From Macrostomum lignano (lineage: Eukaryota): a DNA stretch of 64,000 bases. The notes beneath the pieces were generated by a model. That model was not told where the DNA came from and searched no databases. It worked only from the letters and a program-made list of their open reading frames with translations. The translations under genes were made by a program, and so were the position numbers. Location of the stretch: NCBI GenBank assembly GCA_002269645.1, contig NIVC01001306.1, positions 1 to 64,000 on the forward strand, given 5' to 3'. Numbering within the stretch: position 1 is the first letter of the stretch; each line of letters starts with the position of its first letter. This document shows, piece after piece, positions 48,988-61,700 of the stretch.

Positions 48988-49879
48988 GCCTGTGCCGTAG
49001 CGTCATCACCCATGAACAGTGCAGCAAGGCGAGCGGCGGTGGCTTTAGAGTCGTTGGAGGCTGGCCGCCACCCTCGAAGCCCAAAGACGCAAAGTAGCTC
49101 CAGCACTCTCCGCTCTTAGTTGGCATCAGTTTTGCGTCTTTGCCTTTCATTTATTGATTTTGCACTCAAGCTACTTTTCCTTGCAATGCGGCGCTTCTGT
49201 CCTGTCAGCGCAGCGACCAGCCATTGAATTTTTAACTTAAAATAAAGAAGTGGGACGGCGATGTATAATGTCAGATTTAGCTTCAAAAGTTTTTTACAAG
49301 CCACGTCGTATTTAAGCCGCTGATCTCCCAGATGGACACACGTTGAAATGGTTTAGAAGTATCAAATCCAAGAGCTAAAAGGTCGTCTAGCGGCATGATG
49401 AAGCGCCTGTAACCAAGTTTGTTGACTTTGCAATTTGTTGAATACAGCATCCAAGTGTGTTTACGTGGCTATGCCAATTTCATTTGGTAGAAATATGAAT
49501 CACAGATTCCTATACTACTAATAGTAATCACTAGTACTTAAATGTACTTGCCATAAAGCACCTAAACCCGCTTCTCTGGCTCTTGATTTAAAATCCTTAA
49601 TTTATGAACTTAGAACTTAGCAAGTGGTGCTCATGCAGTTTCTCTGAAAACTTAAAGATTCATGCTCCACTGCAGGGAACTCCAGAACATATTTGCATAT
49701 TTTAACTGGTGTCATACCGTTGTCTTGTCAGAACATACGACTAAATGCGCGATGAGTAAAAATAAATCTGGTGTCAATAGTGGGTCAAGTTTCCCAGTAG
49801 TAAATAAATTTGTGCTTATCGTAAAATATCCGCCCATTTTGTGCTATGCAAATCGAAACCATCTTTTGTCCAATTACAT

Positions 49880-50212
49880 AGTAGTAGTAATAATAATAAT
49901 AATAATAATAACTGATTACACCCACAGAATACACAGGTATTTCGTGTATTACACCCGCCCTAATTGGGCCAAATGCGCAACCGACAGCTCAGCCGCAACT
50001 ATTGCGCGGCGCATCTGAAGGCTGCGTACGGCTGTTCAGCCCAAAGACGGGGGGGTCGCCACACACAGCCTCAATTACCCCAGCTAATGCTGGCACCCAT
50101 TTTACAGCTGGGTGAACTGAAGCAATGCCGAGTTGTGTCTTGCTTAAGAACACCAATTGTTCCGAGTGGGATCGGGAATCGAACCCCCGACATTTCAGTC
50201 GTGAGTCCGACT
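49880..50212 (-). mobile_element. tRNA-derived SINE, family 1, copy b (5'-truncated)
   Basis: Close match to 15880-16095 over ~210 bp; (TTA)n tail. Confidence 0.85.
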
Positions 50213-51644
50213 AGGCTAAAAATGACCTGCTTCTGCTTCAAAATTCTGCTTCAAATGACCTACGATCTCATTCAAAAGTCCATAGTGCTTTGGCAGACCC
50301 TTATGGATGGAGATAATTTTTTCCTCTTATCCAGCTTTAATCTCATAAAGTTGGTTGTGTATAATTTAAATTAATAATTTTTAGTCTATTGTACCTGGTT
50401 GTTCCTAACTTTAGTCAGGTTCCCTACAGCTGTCAAATGACTCGAGAAGAATGCTGAGTCAGTCACCAATCGAGAGCTCACAACGTGTCGTGGCGCAGAA
50501 CTGTAAAGTGCATATTCTCATTATAGGTCGGCTCGTACAAGCGTACTAACTAAGCGGCCACGCGTCCAACAAAATCTTGGCGCACATTATAGATCTGCTG
50601 CGACTTTGATAAATTGTCCATTATATGGGCTTCTGTTGGAACTGTAAGAGAATAAGCGACGTTGCTGGACGGAACAAACGAGGCCAGGCAATCGCCTTCA
50701 GCGCAAAGTGGCTTAATGCCCTCAATACCGAACGGGACTGGCCTGACCTCATTGCCCCCACGCCGCTGCATGACCCTCCCCAAGCTGCATGCGGGCCCTT
50801 CTGTAGGATTCGAGAGATTGCGATCGGAGTTGCTGGGGTAAGGCGGCAGCCAGGCAGGGACTTAATGCCCGTTGGTGGCGGAAACTGCGGGATCCGAAAG
50901 TGGTTGTCATTGCTTCCTTTTTCGCTGTTCGCTGTGCGAGGCCGCGACAGAGACAGATGGCTGCTGGAGTGCCGCGGATAAATATTACCCTGCCGCTAGG
51001 GCGTACGCGTCTCTCAGGCATCTACCATCTAGCTACCCGCCAAGCTGGCATCGTAAAGCCCAAGCAGGTTAAAGTTGTTAGCATAGGGGAATTCCCACTC
51101 TGCATGCATCAGGTTTTTTCGGTTCTCTCCCTCTCTGGAACAGCAAAATGTCTGCTTAGATAAGCAATGGGAATAAGGTCTGACCGGGCAACCGCACAAC
51201 AGCCTCTGTAGTTTATGCAACCAACTTTACAGCGTTTGACCTGGCGCACCAACACGCATCGATAGTGAAACATACAGATAGAAGACACGTTGGATGTTTC
51301 ATAAAAATGCGACTATACCGTGTAGTTTAATGCCAAAAATTTGCCGAGGAACGACGGCGGGACATCGATGCGGATGCATGCACGGGTGCAGTGTCGAGGC
51401 AGCCAATCGGGATTTGATTGTCACGTGACTCGCTCTCGGCCGGGAAACTGGGTCGGATAAGGAAAATAGCCGGAGCCAATCTCGCCTTCGGGCAACGTGG
51501 GGAGTCGTGCAGAAGAAAGCCAATTGCTGGCATAAAAAGCTGACCAGCATTGTACGAAGCCGCGAGTTTTCACTCGACCGCGCCAACTCCTCCGCGAGTG
51601 AAAAGTCTTCGCAGCGTTCTGCTCAAAGAGTTCCTCCGGCCCCG

Positions 51645-51681
51645 ATGCTTCGGTCAGCAATTTTGGTGTGCCTTGCGGCCG
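51645..51681 (+). CDS. iGluR-like receptor A, exon 1 (signal peptide)
   Basis: MLRSAILVCLAA then G|GTAAGT; phase 1 fits exon 2 and completes a hydrophobic signal peptide. Confidence 0.6.
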
Positions 51682-53409
51682 GTAAGTGTTAGATACACCG
51701 ATTCGGTATAGCACGAAATAGCTTCTCAACTCACTTTGCAGCGGACATGGAAAGTATCAGAGAACCAGCAGCCAACTAGGATGCAAGTAGTCATGCCCGT
51801 TTCCCTGACACCTAAGTGCACGACACGCTCATGCATACGTACTCCCACGGGGTGTACTGAGGACCTGACTTTCGCATCGGCTGGTATTATACATAATCGT
51901 ATTCTCTGAGGGTGGGCTCTCACGGGTATATAAATCACACCCAGGTGAAGCCCATGAAAGCCCTAAGATTTTGAGTTGCGTACTCGTTATCAATCCAAAT
52001 GACCACGTGGCTAAAGAAGGATCCAACTACAGCTAGAGGCTTTGCAGAAAGTGAAATTACCTTAATGAGGCGTTTTACCAGCTTGAATTTCACCTCCTTA
52101 GAATATAGAATCTTTCACAAGATCAACACTTCACCAGCCGGAAATGTCACATTGTTGAAATCTCAGCAATTTGATGCTTGGAGCTTGTGAATCGCATTTT
52201 TCTGTTTGACCGAATCAGCCAGCTCGCAAGTATTCGATTGCAAATTACCTAATTACTAGGAAGAGAAAAAGTCAATCGCGGGAATTAATATAATTGTTTC
52301 TCCTCGTTGTTTTCGCGGAGTCCCGGAGCCTAGAGCAGACAGGCTTTAAGCATCGCTGCAGGCTATTAAGTCAATATTAGCTGGATTATATCTGAAGAAG
52401 ATCGGGGGGGGGGTCTCTGCCATGCGCAGTGCTTTTTGGACTCAATTTAATACAAGTCGCTTGCGTGATTGATTGATAAGGGAAGTGAATTGTAGTATAC
52501 ACTAGAAGGCTAAACGTGCCCCAAGGAAGGTGGGGTTGAAGGTCGATTTGCACAGGCATCATTGCCAATGTCCTGAACTCTTAGATGCATGATAAGAGCG
52601 CTGCATCAGCCCAGTACAATGGGAAACGACTGGCACGGGGCTCACGCTCCCGAGTATCTGTTGCATTGTTTGGCCTCTGCAAGGCCAGCTCTCCCGAACA
52701 ACATAGAAGAATTGCAGCTGCCTCGGGGATACGTTTGTCCCACGGCGAATTGGGAAAATCCACTGGGACTCTATTCCCCTCAAAAACAACTCAGAAAGTT
52801 GCTTGGCGACCTCGCCGTGACCTGAATTTATTCCCACACCCAATTGTTAAGCTGTTATCAATTCCTACCACAATAGTTTTTCAATCTTACAAATCGATAA
52901 AGTCGAATCGAAGCCGGGGCAGATTAGGAGAATTCAGGTCACGAGTCGGTAAATCCCAAGCGACTTACGCCTACTAAGCTGACAAAGTTTCTGAGAAAGC
53001 AAAGCTGCAGGCAAATGGCACTTCCATGTCACAAGTCGCGGACTCACTGATCGATTAAGCTTCTCTGCATCTCTGCAGCTCCCAAAAGTCGAATAAGATG
53101 AAGAAATTGCGCTTCTTTCATTCGCTGATCGATGCGAGCTCATTTGCTTAAGCGTTCAGTGAGAAAAGACCAGGCTAAATAAGTTGTTTTGATTTTTTAA
53201 AAACAAAAGTAGTTTTACACCAATGACTGGATGAAATTGTTGCAATGAGCGTCCTTGGGCAGATTAAACCATGTAAAATTCACAATTCATAAGCTCCCTA
53301 ACATCTTAACAAACCTAGGAATAAAAGCCAAGTATATGTAACTCGTATTCTGATTTTTCAAGCCTAATGTGACTATTTAAGACTTTAATCCTCATTTATC
53401 ACTTTCCAG

Positions 53410-53477
53410 CAATCTGCACCAATCAGCAGATGGTCGTGGCCAGTCAGACGCCTGAATACGTGGTGACAACCATACTG
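53410..53477 (+). CDS. iGluR-like receptor A, exon 2
   Basis: TTTCCAG acceptor; ends YVVTTIL (S1 start motif VTTIL); GTGAGC donor. Confidence 0.7.
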
Positions 53478-53577
53478 GTGAGCTTCTGCTCAGGCTGAGT
53501 TTCATATCCGCTGTTAGACTAACCAGAGTTTCCTTTTTAAAAGATAAAACCAATGAGACGCTCAATTTCCCTTGCAG

Positions 53578-54067
53578 TTGGAGGGCTTCGCTACCCAGGA
53601 CATCAACGGGCGCTGGATCGGCTTCTTCCCCGACCTCATTACCGAGCTGGCCGGCCGGCTGGGCTTCCGGCCGGACATCCGACGAGTTCCGGACGGACGC
53701 TACGGCAGCTACAACAACTCCACCCGCAGCTGGGATGGCCTCATCGGCGAGGTCTACGACAAGCGGGCCGACTTCGCCGCGGCCCCACTAACTGTCACCG
53801 CCTATCGCGAGGAATCCGTCGACTTCTCGCACGGCGTACTCAACTTCGGCCTAGTCGTGGTCGCCCGCCCGGCCAAGTGGATCAACGTTGCTGTTCGCCG
53901 CGGGCCCGCCTTCTTCCTGGCTGTGTTCGACGTCTGGGTTTGGCTCGCCTGCGGTGGACTGATGCTGCTCACCAGCCTGCTGCTGTACTGCAACTCGCGC
54001 TGCAATCCGCGCGAGCTGGAGGACCTGTACCTGTTTGGCGCAGTCTGCGCCACTGTTCGCTGCCAGG
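53578..54067 (+). CDS. iGluR-like receptor A, exon 3 (S1, M1, M2 pore loop)
   Basis: GFFPDL, DGRYGS, WDGLIGEV, ADFAAAPLTVTAYREESVDFS, hydrophobic M1, CQG. Confidence 0.92.
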
Positions 54068-54081
54068 GTGCGTGCTGCTAC

Positions 54082-54082
<1 letters not shown>

Positions 54083-54119
<37 letters not shown>
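54083..54119. repeat. (GT)n microsatellite 15 nt after the splice donor
   Basis: Direct reading. Confidence 0.92.
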
Positions 54120-54120
<1 letters not shown>

Positions 54121-54883
54121 ATGCACTTATTTACTGATGCCCCGTCATAACCGTCAATCTCGTGGTCAAGTCTATATTTCCAGCTGGCAGGGCAGTTGAA
54201 GGTCGTCAGTCGTTTCTTCATCGTGTAGTACGAGTAGTCGACGCGATGCCAGCAGAAGTTGCTGAATAGGAAGTTAGTCACACTCGGGCATTGAATTCGA
54301 TTTATGTAGCTCGTATTTGAGAATTCCCTTATAGAACAATGTGCACTTGAGTATTGTGCCTGTACATTGCTTCGATGTACATTACAAATAAGCAAGGGCG
54401 TATGGTAGAATAGACTGCAGATTGCAGAGCCTACGTTTATTGTCCTCTTGCTTCCCGAGTCAAGCGAGGTGTCTTTTGAGGTCGAAAGAATGGCCGAATC
54501 TTGAGCGCCTGCCTCTTCAACCGCCACTTTCCCTCGTTGTTTCAGTAAATTATGTGCATCTCACATGCCCCCATCTCTTCTTGTCTGGATGATACCTCTT
54601 TGGCAAGATTGCCTACGTCCAGATTGCTTCCATCGGGGATCGATTTCAGCTCCAATTGCTTGTGTTGATCCTGATGCTGTTACGGATGGATACCATCAAC
54701 TAACCTATTTGTACTGCAGCTGTGGAGGTGCCGGTGTTTGTCGCTGTCCATCATAGCCTTTTATCATATCTTAGTGGAATGATCATCAAGACAAAGTCGC
54801 TTAGAATCCAGTGAGACAGCGTTGCCGGCCCCATTAAGCAGAGTTGGCTGCCGTGAGAGAGTAGAAAACTAAGCTGAGCTCCA

Positions 54884-55247
54884 AGAGGGGGCCGTAGCCC
54901 AGCGGTAGCGCAGCTGCTCTGGTGTGCCAGCGACCCAGGTTCGATTCCAAGTGCAGTCACATTAATTTGGGGCTGAATTGGAATCTCGGCTTGGCTCCGC
55001 TCGTGCAATTAACGGCCTTTAGAGCCAACCCCCCAAGGCGCAGGGAAGTGTACATGCCTAACGATATTATAAAGTTAGGGCCGCTGTACACTCCTGTGTG
55101 AGTGTGTGCCTGCGTACGTATCCGCGCGCTTGTATGCCTGCTCAGGGGAGTCGGCGGAATGGGCAGTAATGCCTCTCGCCGGTTGTGTGCCTATGTCGCT
55201 TAAAGTGCGCCAGGGTGCACACAACCCCCCTGCCTCTAATAAAAAAA
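54884..55247 (+). mobile_element. tRNA-derived SINE, family 2, copy a
   Basis: tRNA-like head (GTAGCCCAGCGGTAGCGC...GGTTCGATTCC), A-tail, 13-bp TSD AAGCTGAGCTCCA at 54871-54883 and 55248-55260. Confidence 0.88.
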
Positions 55248-55460
55248 AAGCTGAGCTCCACTTCATACTAAGTGGAAGTGGAAGTGCCCCTCTTACAGTG
55301 AGTCAGGCATACTACTATACATGAATAAAGGAGAGAAGACGTCAAAGAGAAAGGATGCAAGAACCCAAAGAGTAGCTTACCAAGGACATTTTTGGGTATT
55401 TCACGAAACCCCCAGCTAACCCTAGACCTGAAACTCTTACAACATCATCACCCCCTAAAG

Positions 55461-56257
55461 GCACCGCAAGTCAGCCGCGCTCCCTGGCTGGCCGCTGTCT
55501 GAGCACCGCCTGGTGGCTGTTTGCCGCGATCACTGCAGTAGCCTACGCTGGCGGATTTCTGTGTACCCTGGTGGCCTCCGAGGGCTCCCGCTCGCGTCAC
55601 ATGTACGCCCCCATGATCAACATCCGGGACAGGTTCAGCGCTGACCCCGACTATCTGAAAGACTTCACGCCGGTCTGGATTAAAGGCGGCAGCACGGATC
55701 ACTTCTTTGCCACGGCTAAAGAGGCTCTGTTCCAGCAGTTCAACCGGAAGCACCAGGCTGCACTGCGCAAGAGACCGGAACTGCAGGTTTACTCTACGAA
55801 GGAGCTCATTGGCCTGGTCCTGGCTGACACTCAGGTTCTAGCCGTGATGGAGGCGCCCATGGCCGACTTCTTTGTGAAGAAAACCGACTGCGAAGTCATC
55901 GTACTGGGTGACCTCACCAACGACAAGAGCTACGGCTTGGCCTTTGCACAGAACTCCAGCCTGTTGGGTCGCTTCAATCTAGAGCTGCTGCGCCTCCAGG
56001 AGGACGGCCGAGTGCTGGACATCTATCGACGCTACTTTGGCTCGCCCGGCAGCCTTTGCGGCACCAAGCTGGAGGCCTCCACGCGCAGCCAGATCTCCGA
56101 GGTTGGCGACATCCTAGCTCGCATGTTCCGTGGCAGCATTCCGCTGACGTTGAAGAGCTTCGTGGGACCGATTGGATTTTACTTTGCTGGCGTGGGACTG
56201 TCGCTCATTGCCTTCCTGGTTGACTTGATCATTCACCACGGCTACGAGAGGACTCAG
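55461..56257 (+). CDS. iGluR-like receptor A, exon 4 (M3, S2, M4)
   Basis: PRSLAGRCLSTAWWLF, GSTDHFF, VMEAPMADF, SYGLAF, M4; CAG|GTGACT donor (or read-through stop at 56269). Confidence 0.9.
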
Positions 56258-56394
56258 GTGACTAGTTAACTCTGTAGTAGTATACCTATGTTTCAACTTT
56301 GAGCTCACCAGTTTACCTTTAAATCTTGCATGCTTTGCTCACCGATCTGTCTTTGTAAACCTATTTCCTGGCTTTATTGTTCATTTTAATCCGG

Positions 56395-57000
56395 GATTCA
56401 TGCTCACCTGTTCACTGGTAAATTGGGGTTCATGCTCACCTGTTCACTGGTAAATTGGGGTTCATGCTCACCTGTCCAACTGCTAAATTGGGGTTCATGC
56501 TCACCTGTTCACAGATAAATTGTGGTTCATGCTTACCTGTCCAACTGGTAAATTGGGGTTCACGCTCACCTGTCCAACTGGTAAATTGGGGTTCACGCTC
56601 ACCTGTCCAAATGGTAAATTGTGGTTCATGCTCACCTGTCCAACTGGTAAATTGGGCTTCATGCTCACCTGTCCAACTGGTAAATTGGGGTTCACGCTCA
56701 CCTGTCCAACTGGTAAATTGGGGTTCACGCTCACCTGTCCAACTGGTAAATTGGGCTTCATGCTCACCTGTCCAACTGGTAAATTGGGGTTCACGCTCAC
56801 CTGTCCAACTGGTAAATTGGGGTTCACGCTCACCTGTCCAACTGGTAAATTGGGGTTCATGCTCACCTGTTCAACTGGTAAATTGGGGTTCATGCTTACC
56901 TGTCCAACTGGTAAATTGGGGTTCACGCTCACCTGTCCAACTGGTAAATTGGGGTTCATGCTCACCTGTCCAACTGGTAAATTGGGGTTCATGTTTACCT
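56395..57000. repeat. 33-bp minisatellite CTCACCTGTCCAACTGGTAAATTGGGGTTCATG
   Basis: ~18 tandem copies. Confidence 0.95.
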
Positions 57001-57271
57001 ATCTACTTTAAAACTGCCTTCGTGCTCAACAGATATATGCCAGAGAAATCTGACTCTATACTCACGTTCCTGCCTTCATACTTGTTTTAATTTTCACCTA
57101 ACTATCTATCTGTAAACTGCCTGAATACTTATACGAGGTACCCACGCTTAGCAGCTGTTGCTATCTTTTAGGTTGTCACCTATCGAATGATTCTAGATTA
57201 GTAGAAACTTACCATACCGTAAATTCTGTTCAAAAATTTCATCAAAATGATATTTTATTTTTCTACTTCAG

Positions 57272-57358
57272 TCAAGCTCCGCCGATCAACCGAAGCCGCC
57301 ATCGGAGGGCGCCGCCGGCGTCGCTTTAACTACGGCTGTACCCATTGCAGAGGACTGA
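57272..57358 (+). CDS. iGluR-like receptor A, predicted last exon
   Basis: TTCAG acceptor, phase 0; SSSADQPKPPSEGAAGVALTTAVPIAED*; AATAAA ~60 nt downstream. Confidence 0.6.
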   Translation, partial: SSSADQPKPPSEGAAGVALTTAVPIAED

Positions 57359-57654
57359 CTGAGAGCGCGTTGGCGCCATTATGATTGATTTATGGATCAT
57401 GGTTTATTTAAACGATTGCAATAAATTCCAACAGCTGCCCTTAGCAACAAAGGACACTTTTTCGGGATTGTCCCTTTGATTAATTTTGAAACAGTGTATG
57501 ATAGATATAGGTAACTACTGTAGTTAGTACTGAATAGTAGTCTATCCAACTCATTTTTGGTTTAGTAGTCCTTGGTAGGATGAGGTTCTACAGTGTAAAT
57601 TGAACACTTGGTAGTTAGTTGAAACTTCCGAAATATGATAAGTGCGTCTTGTTC

Positions 57655-57893
57655 ACCTTATCAGCGCTGAGGTGTGGCTTCTGACCGCTGCCTCGCTCTT
57701 CATCTGAACCTTATCAGCGCTGAGGTGTGGCTTCTGACCGATGCCTCGCGCTTCATCTGAACCTTATCAGCGCAGAGGTGTGGCTTCTGACCGCTGCCTC
57801 GCGCTTCATCTGAACCTTATCAGCGCAGAGGTGTGGCTTCTGACCGCTGCCTCGCACTTCATCTGAACCTTATCAGCCCTCAGGTGGGGCTTC
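57655..57893. repeat. 53-bp tandem repeat, ~4.5 copies
   Basis: Units start at 57655, 57708, 57761, 57814 and 57867. Confidence 0.93.
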
Positions 57894-58321
57894 CGCTAAA
57901 AGTAGTTTATAGTGATTGATACAACGATAGGATAGGTCATATGTTATACTGCCAGGCACAATTCACAATGCGCATTATTCACCGTGTCACTCTTCATAAA
58001 GCACTGCGCACTGTACCCTGGTAGCATGCTTAAAAGTATCCCATACAACTTTTGCTGTTGTTGTTTTTTTAATTTCCTTTTCGAATCTTAAAATACGAAT
58101 TCTTTAAATGATCATATCTTTTTCTTTGACGCTAAGCTATGTTATTTCTTCGATATTTTCAAGTTGAAGCTGTGAATAAAAACTGAGATATTATTAACCT
58201 ATGCAGCACCAATAATAAAGAAGCACATTTTCGAAGGCACAAGTTTACGGCTCGTACGCACGGACACAAATCAACTCAACTCCGAGTTATCACGCACGCC
58301 GATTTTTAGCTGACAGCAGGG

Positions 58322-59312
58322 TCGGCTGGGGTAACACCTTGAAGGCTGGGGGTAACAACTTGAAGGTTGGGGGGGTAACAACTTGAAGGTTGGGGGGGGG
58401 GTAACAACTTGAAGGTTGGGGGGGGGTAACAACTTGAAGGTTGGGGGGGGGTAACAACTTGAAGGTTGGGGGGGTAACAACTTGAAGGTTGGGGAGGGGG
58501 TAACAACTTGAAGGTTGGGGGGGGGGTAACAACTTGAAGGTTGGGGTGGGTAACAACTTGAAGGCTGGGGGTAACAGTTTGAAGGCTGGGGGTAACAGCT
58601 TGAAGGCTGGGGGGTAACAGTTTGAAGGCTGGGGGGTAACAGCTTGAAGGCTGGGGGGTAACAACTTGAAGGCTGGGGGTGGGTAACAACTTGAAGGCTG
58701 GGGGTAACAGTTTGAAGGCTGGGGGTAACAGCTTGAAGGCTGGGGGTAACAACTTGAAGGCTGGGGGTAACAACTTGAAGGCTGGGGGTAACAGTTTGAA
58801 GGCTGGGGGGTAACAACTTGATGGCTGGGGGTAACAACTTGAAGGCTGGGGGTAACAACTTGAAGGCTGGGGGTAACAACTTGAAGGCTGGGGGATAACA
58901 ACTTGAAGGCTGGGGGGTAACAACTTGAAGGCTGGGGGTAACAACTTGAAGGCTGGGGGTAACAACTTGATGGCTGGGGGGTAACAACTTGAAGGCTGGG
59001 GGTAACAACTTGATGGCTGGGGGTAACAACTTGAAGGCTGGGGGTAACAACTTGAAGGCTGGGGGGTAACAACTTGAATGCTAGGGGTAACAACTTGAAG
59101 GCTGGGGGTAACAACTTGATGGCTGGGGGTAACAACTTAAAGGCTGGGGGGTAACAACTTGAATGCTAGGGGTAACAACTTGAAGGCTGGGGGTAACAAC
59201 TTGATGGCTGGGGGTAACAACTTAAAGGCTGGGGGGTAACAACTTGAATGCTAGGGGTAACAACTTGAAGGCTGGGGGTAACAACTTGATGGCTGGGGGG
59301 TAACAACTTGAA
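58322..59312. repeat. G-rich 21-23-bp minisatellite GGGG(G)TAACAACTTGAAGGCT
   Basis: ~45 copies with variable G-run length. Confidence 0.95.
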
Positions 59313-59651
59313 GGCAGATTTCAAGCAACATTCTACTATCTTAATACAAATAAAGGATGTGGAAAATTTCATAGTGCATTCAAACAAAGTTCAAGTACTT
59401 GTGAAGATTTAAAACTACGAGACATATGGACTTGCGAGTTGTTAATGGAGCAAGTTACGTGCAATTCAAAAGTTATTCGACAGTTTCAAGAAGGTAAGAT
59501 ATTGTAACACGATTTTACAATTCCAGCGTCTAGCTACTTATTTTAAAGTTCCTCAAAGTGTTGCAGGCATCCTCCAAAACAGCTGTTGGGAAAACGCAAG
59601 TTGACATCCATGCAGTTTATCAGCCAACCGAAACAGCCGAACCGAAAGAGT

Positions 59652-59813
59652 TCACGGCGACAGCTGCTGCTGATCGTCCGAGAACCTCAGCGCGCCAAAG
59701 GAGGCCTCGGGCTCCGGAAGCTGCTCCGCCCGCTCCGGCTGCTCCGCGGTGTTCTGAAGCGGCTGGTTGCCCTGCTGCAGTTGGAGGGCGGATGAGCTCA
59801 GATTGACTTTGAC
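59652..59813 (-). CDS. iGluR-like receptor B, predicted last exon
   Basis: AAACAG acceptor, phase 0; VKVNLSSSALQLQQ...QQQLSP*; intron position equivalent to receptor A's last intron. Confidence 0.6.
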   Translation of the reverse strand, partial: VKVNLSSSALQLQQGNQPLQNTAEQPERAEQLPEPEASFGALRFSDDQQQLSP

Positions 59814-59840
59814 CTGTTTAACAAGAGCATTTCTGTAGTG

Positions 59841-60111
59841 CAGGGGTCGGATAGGGGTCAGATAAAGAATCTAGATCATTGCTGCGGGCCAGGTGAGAGA
59901 GGGAGAGGGAATAGAGAAGAGAGAAAAGGATAGATGGTATGAGAGAAGAGAGAAGAGATGAAAGAGAAGATAAGGGAGAGGAGAGAGGAGAGGAAAGAGC
60001 AGAGAGATAAGAAGACACAAACCCTTAGTGGGCCGGATTGCTATGTGGAAGTTTCAAAGGACTCGAGGGCCGGATAGAGAGGCTTCGCGGGCCGGTGTTT
60101 TCCAACCCCTG
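59841..60111. mobile_element. hAT-type MITE, 271 bp
   Basis: TIRs CAGGGGTCGG / CCAACCCCTG; perfect 8-bp TSD CTGTAGTG at 59833-59840 and 60112-60119. Confidence 0.88.
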
Positions 60112-60739
60112 CTGTAGTGGTCGCGAGAGATTCAATTTAGACTACTGAGAAAAGTAGACGAATAAAGATTTAAATCGTAAAATCTCAAAAAAGCCCAAAA
60201 TGTCACAATAAAAGAAATGACAGCAATAAAAGAAGCGTCTGTGTTCACTGAGAGTAGTGGCAGAGGGCGGCGTGTGGCTGACTGACGAAGGCAAACAAGA
60301 CAGAAACCGGTCACAGTCCACTTGCGCAAGGTTTGACCCTCACTGTCAGTGTGTCACAGTGGCGATTATCCAGCTAAGGATCAGGCTCGCAAACAAGACT
60401 GACCCGCTGCAGGGAGTGACAGTTAACTATGTGTAGCCAGAGGCGTTGGTCGACGCTTTATCGGCTTACTCCTACCATTCGCCGGGGTAAATTGCGAATA
60501 AAAACACAAAAATGTAGCAAAAGATGCAAAAAAAATTGTAACGTTGGCATCCATCAGTGTAATCGGAAGGCTGCAACTCTCAGTAGCAACTCTCGCCCAT
60601 GTCTGAGCCACCACAAGATCTGCTGCGTACTAACTCTGACCAACTCCGCTTAACCGCCACCGAAATAAGTCTTCTGAAGCCTCTTGCTACCCTGATGGAT
60701 AGCCAACACGCTTCGATACTTCAAAAAACATCATGTTAA

Positions 60740-61096
60740 CATGAAGGGCGGAGCCTACTGGTCTAGCGCTGCGCTCTGATGTGCCAGCGGCCCAGGCTCG
60801 ATTCCAAGTGCATTTAAATTAATTTAGGGCTGAATTGGAATCTCGGCTTGGCTCTGCTTGTGCAATTAGCGCGCAATTAAAAGTGTACATGCCTAACGAT
60901 AAATAAAGTTAGGGCCGCTTTCACTCCTGTGTCAGTGTGTTCCTGTGTGAATGACTGCGTACGTATCCGCGCGCTTGTGTGCCTGCTCAGGGGAGTCGGC
61001 GGAATGGGCAGTAATGCCTCTCGCCGGTTGTGCGACAATGTCGGTTAAAGTGCGCCAGGGTGCACACAGCTTCCTGCCTCTCACTAAATTAACTAA
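60740..61096 (+). mobile_element. tRNA-derived SINE, family 2, copy b
   Basis: Colinear with 54884-55247; 10-bp TSD ATCATGTTAA at 60730-60739 and 61097-61106. Confidence 0.85.
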
Positions 61097-61545
61097 ATCA
61101 TGTTAAAATACAAAGTGCGCAATTATTCGAATACTATCGAAGATGCATAATTACGCTGTGCTCGCAATCAGTCACAAATGATTAAATGTGGGTAGTGCAA
61201 AATCAGTTCGAAAATTGAATAGAAATATTTAGTTTTCTTCCTCAAAATCATTAGCAAATTTTTAATTACTGTCTGTTTCTAGCAAAATTTGCGATTGCCA
61301 GTCTGAATCTACGGATGTGTGCGCACTTGCCTCTGAGGACTGGGACGGATAGCGACTCGCAAATTCCTATGTGGAAGCAATATGAAATTTTATTGACGCA
61401 TTGTCGAGCAATGATGAGCTTTGGAGCGCAGAACAGTGACGACAGGTTTTTCACAAGTTATGCAGATTTTGCAAAAAAGCTGAAACTCTAAAGGAAAGCA
61501 TTCGGGCCATTTCGGAACTTTGAACATCTTTTGAAGTCCAAAGCT

Positions 61546-61700
61546 CAGAGGGAAATTTTCAGTGAACTATCAAAGTTCAGAGGGGAATTTCAGTGAACTA
61601 TCAAAGCTCAGAGGGGAATTATCAGTCAACTATCAAAGCTCAGAAGGGAATTTTCAGTCAACTATCAAACCTCAGAAGGGAATTTTCAGTCAACTATCAA
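61546..61700. repeat. ~32-bp repeat TCAGTGAACTATCAAAGCTCAGAGGGGAATTT, ~5 copies
   Basis: Tandem copies. Confidence 0.85.

Noticed and set aside
50550-52950. Possible decayed LTR-retrotransposon pol on the minus strand (LRAFMGFT, KEVKF, KILGLSW-like snippets)
   Set aside because: Motifs are short and in different frames, spacing is inconsistent, and one coincides with the iGluR signal-peptide exon on the other strand; a profile-HMM search is needed.
57655-57893. Hammerhead ribozyme in the 53-bp repeat (CTGATAAG on the minus strand)
   Set aside because: It lacks the CUGANGA and GAAA cores with properly paired stems.
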